DNA from: an uncultured delta proteobacterium
GTDB taxonomy: Bacteria; Myxococcota; Myxococcia; SLRQ01
Direction: 5' to 3'
NCBI GenBank assembly: GCA_963727485.1
Contig: CAVSGM010000004.1
Span: 23,930 to 87,929, forward strand
Length of the DNA stretch: 64,000 bases
Within the stretch, counting starts at the first letter, position 1. Each line of letters begins with the position of its first letter. The notes below the pieces were generated by a model, which was not told the DNA's origin, ran no database searches, and saw only the letters and a program-made list of their open reading frames with translations. Below are positions 58,979 through 64,000 of this stretch, in pieces. The position numbers and the translations under genes were made by a program.

Positions 58979-59599
58979 ATGGACCCCATGCTCCGCCACC
59001 TCGCCACGGCGACGCTCCTCTGCCTCTGCCTCGGGGCCTGCCCCAAGCCCGGCTACCTTCCCCGGGACGGCGACGTCGTCTTCCAGACCTCCCGGTCCCG
59101 GCAGAGCCTGGCGATCCAGCTGGCGACCCACTCGCGCTACAGCCACATGGGCATCGTCTACCTGCGCCACGGGAGGCCCTTCGTCTTCGAGGCGGTGGGG
59201 CCGGTGAGGCTGACCCCGCTCCGGGCGTGGATCGCCCGCGGCGTGGGCCATCATTTCGTGGTGAAGCGCCTGCGCCACGCCGGGAGCGTGCTCACGCCCA
59301 AGGTGCTCGCCCGCATGAAGCAGGCCGGTGAGAAGCTCCTGGGGCGCCGCTACGACCTCGCCTTCGGCTGGTCCGACACCCGGGTCTACTGCTCCGAGCT
59401 GGTGTGGAAGGTCTACCAGCGCGGCGCCGGGATCCGCCTGTGCCCCACCCGGCACCTGAAGGACTTCGACCTCGCGGACCCGCGGGTGGCGAGGAAGCTC
59501 CGGCAGCGCTACGGGAAGCACCCGCCTCTGGAGGAGACGGTGGTGTCACCGGCGGACATCTTCGCGTCGAAGAAGCTGGTGACCGTGTACCGCCGCTGA
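58979..59599 (+). CDS. yiiX: YiiX/YebB-like permuted papain-like (NlpC/P60) lipoprotein
   Basis: LGAC lipobox; GDVVFQ, YSHMGI, YD..F.W....YCSELVWK. Confidence 0.88.
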   Translation: MDPMLRHLATATLLCLCLGACPKPGYLPRDGDVVFQTSRSRQSLAIQLATHSRYSHMGIVYLRHGRPFVFEAVGPVRLTPLRAWIARGVGHHFVVKRLRHAGSVLTPKVLARMKQAGEKLLGRRYDLAFGWSDTRVYCSELVWKVYQRGAGIRLCPTRHLKDFDLADPRVARKLRQRYGKHPPLEETVVSPADIFASKKLVTVYRR

Positions 59600-59655
59600 G
59601 ACGCGACCGGCCGGCCGCGGGGTGCGCGACCGGCCAGCTCGTACAGGCGCCAAAG

Positions 59656-59698
59656 TGGCGCGCGATACAGGATTCGAACCTGTGACCTCTGGTGTGAC
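59656..59698 (-). tRNA. 3' fragment of tRNA-Asp(GTC) (truncated; candidate att site)
   Basis: Minus strand reads GTC AC ACCAG AGGTC ACAGG TTCGAAT CCTGT ATCGCGC G CCA; no D-arm or acceptor 5' strand upstream. Confidence 0.8.
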
Positions 59699-59711
59699 GG
59701 ACCGGGCTATT

Positions 59712-59840
59712 GGATCCACGGCGGTTCGGCAGGACGGAGCCAGTGCGGTTCGGCCAAGCTGAGCCACGCCGGTTCGGCAAGACGGAGCCGGCGCGGTTCG
59801 GCCAAGCGGATCCACCCTGGTTCGGCAGGACGGAGCCACC
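59712..59840 (+). repeat. 24-bp tandem subterminal repeats of IS21 left end (about 5.4 units)
   Basis: GGA(T/G)CC-N4-GGTTCGGC-N5 units; inverted copies at about 62305-62335 and 62424-62460. Confidence 0.85.
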
Positions 59841-59948
59841 AGACCTGAACTGAAGTCCAGGGCCAGATTGGCAGTCAATCTGACCCTCCCGAGGGCCGGC
59901 AGTGGCTTTCACCCTCCTTGGGACACCTGTGTCCAAAGGAGGGACCGG

Positions 59949-61554
59949 ATGACGGCCAGGAGGATCGAGATGCATCGGCTGCAGGAGCTCGTGCGCCTGC
60001 ATCGCATGGGGACGAGCGGCCGCGAGGTCGCGCGGCTGCTCGGGATGGGCCGCAACACCGAGCGCGAGTACCGCGAAGCGCTCGAGGCTGCGGGCCTGCT
60101 CGACGGCGAGGCGGAGAAGCTGCCCGAGCTCGAGACGCTGAAGATGGCGGTGGAGCAGCATCTGCCTCGCCGAACGGCGCCGCAGCAGGTGTCGAGCATC
60201 GAGTCGTGGCGCGGCGAGGTCGAGCAGATGATGGACAAGGGCGCCGGGCCACGGGCGATCTACGACCGCCTGCGAGTGCTCGACGCGGCCGTCGAGGGGA
60301 AGCTCTCCTCGGTGAAGCGGCTGTGCGTGCGCATCAAGGCCGAGCGCGGAGTGCAGGCCGAGGACGTCGCGATCCCCGTGGAGACTGCGCCGGGTGAGGT
60401 CGCGCAGGTCGACTTCGGCTACGTCGGTCGTGTCTACGACCCGGCCGAGGGCGTGATGCGGCGAGGCGTGGGTCTTCGTGCTGGTGCTCGGCTACAGCCG
60501 GAAGATGTGGGCCGAGATCGTCTTCGACCAGAAGGTCGAGACCTGGCTCGAGCTGCACGTGAGAGCGTTCGAGGCGCTCGGCGGCGCGCCGACGGTGCTC
60601 GTGCCCGACAACCTGAAGGCCGCGGTGATCCGCGCCGCGTTCGGGGTGAGCGAGCCGACGGCGCTCAACCGCAGCTACCGCGAGCTCGCGCGGCACTACG
60701 GCTGCAAGATCGACCCGACGCCTCCGCGCAGCCCGGAGAAGAAGGGGAAGGTCGAGTCGGGCGTGAAGTACGTGCAGCCACAACTTCGTCAGGCCGCTCG
60801 ACCTCGACGAAGATGGACGTCGTGGCACTGCGCGAGTCGCTGGCGACGCTGGCTCGCGAGATCGCGAACGAGCGCGTGCACGGAACGACGGGCCGGCGTG
60901 CCGCGCGAGGTCTTCGAACAGGAAGAGCACGAGGCGCTCCTGGGGCTCGCTCCGGTGCGCTTTGAGCAGGTGGTTTGGCACGCGGCGCAGGTCCATCGCG
61001 ACAGCCACGTGGTCTTCGAGAAGCGCCTGTACTCGGTGCCGTGGCGGCTGATCGGCAAGAAGGTCTGGGTGCGGGCGACGCCCGAGACGGTCGCGATCTA
61101 CGCGGACGACGTGCGGGTCGCGACGCACGCAGGCGAGGCAAGGGCCCGCGGAGCACGCTCGACGAGCACCTGCCGGAGTACCGCGCTGACTTGCGCCACC
61201 GGAGCCGCGAGTACTGGGAAGAGCGGGCCGACGCGCTCGGTGGAGAGGTCGGCCGATACGTTCGCGAGGTCTTCGACTCCGACGACGTGCTCTCGCAGCT
61301 TCGCAACGTGCAGGCGATGGTGAGGCTGCCTCGAGTAGTATCCGCCGCATCGCCGCGAGGCTGCCTGCCGCCGGGCCAGCTTCTACGCGAGCTACCGGTA
61401 CGGCGCGCTCAAGAAATCCTGCGTCCAGGGCCTGGACCTCGAACCTCTCCCGACCGCGGTGGTGCCGACGCACGGCCGCGTGGAGAAACCGCGCTTCGCT
61501 CGCACCGCGGCGGAGCTACTCGACCACCTGGAGGCAAGCGATGACGGCAACTGA
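59949..61554 (+). CDS. istA: IS21 transposase IstA (frameshifted)
   Basis: HTH N-terminus, ETAPGEVAQVDFG, DNLKAAV, KGKVESGV, HGTT, YSVPW across frames. Confidence 0.88.
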
Positions 61555-62298
61555 CGAGCTCGTGCCCGTGCTCAAGCGGGTGAAGCTGTCGGGCGTCCTG
61601 CAGACGCTCGATCTGCGGACGAGGGAGGCCACCGACGACAACCTCACGCACGCGGAGTTTCTCTACCGGCTGCTCTCCGACGAGGTGGAGCGACGCGAGT
61701 CGAAGCAGCTCGACCAGCGACTGCGTCGCGCCAACTTCGACAGCGGAAAGACCCTCGAGGACTTCGACTTTGCCTTCAACCCGAAGGCGCCGAAGGCTAG
61801 GATCATCGACCTCGCCGCCTGTCACTTCGTCGAGAAGCACGAGAACGCGCTCCTCGTCGGGCCGACGGGAGTCGGGAAGTCGCACATCGCCCAGGCCATC
61901 GGCCATCGGGCCTGCCGCGATCGGGCACACCGTGCTCTACGTGCCGGCGCATCAGATGCTGGCCCAGCTGCGCGCGTCGAGAGCCGACAACAGCTACGAC
62001 CGGCCGTTGGCGCGCTTCACCTCCCCTGACCTGCTGATCATCGACGACCTCGGCCTCAGGCCGCTGCAGTACGACGAGCCGATGGATCTCTACGAGGTCA
62101 TCCGCAGCCGGTACGAACGCGGCGCGCTGATCGTCACGTCGAACCGCGCGATCGAGGAGTGGTACCCGCTCTTCGGCGACGAACTGGTCGCCAGCGCCGC
62201 GATGGATCGGCTGCTGCACCACGCGCACCTCGTCGAAATCGAAGGCGTGCTCCTTCCGCAACCCGCCCAACCGGCGGCGGAAGTCGAAGGGAGAGTGA
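61541..62298 (+). CDS. istB: IS21 helper ATPase IstB (frameshifted)
   Basis: KTLEDFDF, GPTGVGKSH, LLIIDDLG, TSN, AAMDRLLHH. Confidence 0.9.
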
Positions 62299-62476
62299 GT
62301 CCGTGGTGGATCCACTTGGCCGAACCCGGTGGCTCAGGCCGTCGCGCTCGATCGCGTCGCGGCGAGCGACTCCTGGGCGCCCGACTCGAAACGTCTCATC
62401 GGGCCGCCGGCGTCAGCCTCGAAGGGTGGATCCGCTTGGCCGAACCGGCTTGGCTCCGTCAGGCCGGTCCTTGACA

Positions 62477-63294
62477 CCCAGAACACCAACGGCTGCGACC
62501 CGAGCGACTACCAGCCGCAGAAGTGCCCCATCGACGCGAGCGGGAGCCCGATCGCGGTGAGGGGCGGCGACGAGGTGGGCCGGCCGCACACGTACTTCTA
62601 CCACCCGGACCACCTGGGCTCGACGAGCTGGGTGACGGACGAGGCGGGCCGGGTGCGGGAGCACGTGCTGTACTTCCCGTACGGGTCGGTGTGGCGGGAC
62701 GCGAAGAACGACGCGGAGGGGTCACCGCCGCGGACGCAGGCGCTGCTGTTCACAGGGAAGGAGTACGACCAGGAGACGGGGTACTACTACTTCGGCGCGA
62801 GGTACTACGACCCGCAGGTGGCGCGGTGGCTCAGCGTGGATCCGATGCCCATCGGGGAAGAGACTGACGGGTTCCGCCTCTCACTCTACGCCTACGTGAG
62901 ATGGAGCCCACTGACGCTTCTGGATCCGGATGGGTTGGGTGACGAGGACGCGGGCGTCAAGGAAGTCGAGCATGCCCGGGGCTACTTGGCAAGGAACGCC
63001 AAGCAAGCGCTGAAGCAGACGGCACACGGCGCCGAAACCACTTGCGACGTCTCCGGTGCCTGCGGGGCTGCCGAGGGTGCGTTTGGTACGACCTTCTTTA
63101 CGCAGAAGAAGCTGACGACGAAGGAGCGGGCCACGCGAGTTGTGCTATTCGTCGCCGGCTTTGGCTTGGCGAAGCTCCACTTGGGTAGCCTCAAGAAGGG
63201 GATGAAGGCTGGCAAGTGGTTGCGCAAGCTTGGTCGGTGGCTCAAGTTCTGGAAGCGTGGAAAGAGGGCTGATACAGCTCTAGGAGCCTGTTGA
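62477..63294 (+). pseudogene. RHS repeat-associated core with start of toxin C-terminus, truncated at both ends by IS elements
   Basis: YHPDHLGS, YFPYG, FTGKEYD.ETG.YYFGARYYDP, YAY....P....DPDG; lower GC after DPDG. Confidence 0.85.
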
Positions 63295-64000
63295 AGTAAC
63301 CCGCAGGGGATCGACACCGACCATCCGGGTGTGATCCCCTGCGGACATGGCGAAGAAGTTCCGTCCGTACCAGCCGACGCAGTCGCTCTTGTTTCCTCCG
63401 TCGCCGGCGGACTGGCTCCCGGAAGGCCACCTGGCCTTCTTCGTGCTGGACCTGGTGAAGGAGCTGAACCTCACGGCGATCTACGCGCCGTACGAGCGGG
63501 AGCTGCGCGGGTACCCGCCGCATGATCCGCGGATGATGACGGCGCTGCTGATCTACGCGTACGCGGTGGGCCTGCCGTCGTCGCGGACCATCGAGCGCAA
63601 GACATGGGAGGACGTGGCGTTTCGGGTGGTGGCGGGCGGGACGCACCCGGACCACTCGGCGATCAGCGAGTTTCGCCGGCGGCACCTGGAGTCGCTGGCC
63701 GGGCTGTTTGTGCAGGTGCTCCGGCTCTGCCAGAAGGCGGGGCTGGTGCGTTTGGGGCACGTGTCGCTGGACGGGACGAAGCTGAAGGCGAACGCGTCGA
63801 AGCACAAGGCGATGAGCTACGGGCGGATGAAGAAGAGCGAGCGGGAGCTTTCGGAGAAGGTCGAGCGGATGCTGGCGCAGGCGGAGAAGATGGATGTGGA
63901 GGAGGACGCCCGCTACGGCAAGGACAAGCGGGGGGACGAGATCCCGGGAGAGCTCGGCCGGGCGAGTGACCGGCTGGCGCGGATCCGGGAGCTGAAGGCG
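63284..64000 (+). mobile_element. IS1182-family element (partial, runs off window)
   Basis: Left end approx. GAGCCTGTTGAAGTAA directly after CTAG; transposase follows. Confidence 0.75.
63347..64000 (+). CDS. IS1182-family transposase (partial)
   Basis: MAKKFRPY..Q..LFPPS..DWLPEGHLA, G.PPHDPRMM..LL.YAY..G..SSR.IE, PDHSAISEFRRRH, LDGTKLKANASKHK. Confidence 0.9.
   Translation, partial: MAKKFRPYQPTQSLLFPPSPADWLPEGHLAFFVLDLVKELNLTAIYAPYERELRGYPPHDPRMMTALLIYAYAVGLPSSRTIERKTWEDVAFRVVAGGTHPDHSAISEFRRRHLESLAGLFVQVLRLCQKAGLVRLGHVSLDGTKLKANASKHKAMSYGRMKKSERELSEKVERMLAQAEKMDVEEDARYGKDKRGDEIPGELGRASDRLARIRELKA

Larger units (their letters stand above)
59693..62476 (+). mobile_element. IS21-family insertion sequence (~2.8 kb)
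   Basis: Terminal IRs TGTGACGGACCGG / CCGGTCCTTGACA, multiple subterminal repeats, istA+istB. Confidence 0.88.

Noticed and set aside
59625..59735. Intact tRNA gene
   Set aside because: No D-arm and no 5' acceptor strand complementary to ATCGCGC; only the 3' part is present
59712..59840. Possible mini-CRISPR array
   Set aside because: 24-bp period leaves no real spacers, inverted copies lie at the other IS end, no cas genes; these are IS21 subterminal repeats

Overview
A very GC-rich bacterial window, most likely Myxococcota/deltaproteobacterial (myxobacterial-type PilZ proteins, a MYXO-CTERM motif, sigma54 enhancer-binding protein, CheB-CheR fusion). About 45 real CDSs are present; the many long antisense ORFs in the track are GC shadow frames. 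Scattered 1-nt frameshifts (densest at 28.8-33.9 kb, 50-53 kb and 60-62 kb) look like long-read consensus errors. Core-type genes: Lhr helicase, two signalling modules, two ABC systems, Bcp, nitrilase/GNAT pair, HD phosphohydrolase, beta-carbonic anhydrase, SDR, YiiX. The most notable elements are: (1) a three-gene cluster of domain-shuffled secreted proteins (31.4-40.3 kb) in which an S53 peptidase head and a Phi-1/EXORDIUM-like 'HELIE' head are interchanged on PPC and His/Tyr-motif Ig-like tails; (2) a ~2100-aa AgmC-like adhesin with lipobox, 7 DUF11 repeats and an INTERNAL MYXO-CTERM plus a second signal peptide, read in frame into a TraB-like barrel-TSP3-OmpA unit (putative polyprotein); (3) a c-di-GMP-I (GEMM)-like leader RNA lacking the canonical tetraloop; (4) an apparent island edge: a tRNA-Asp 3' fragment abutting an IS21 element, a truncated RHS toxin gene and an IS1182 element. 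All family calls are from motif recognition by eye; no database searches were run.
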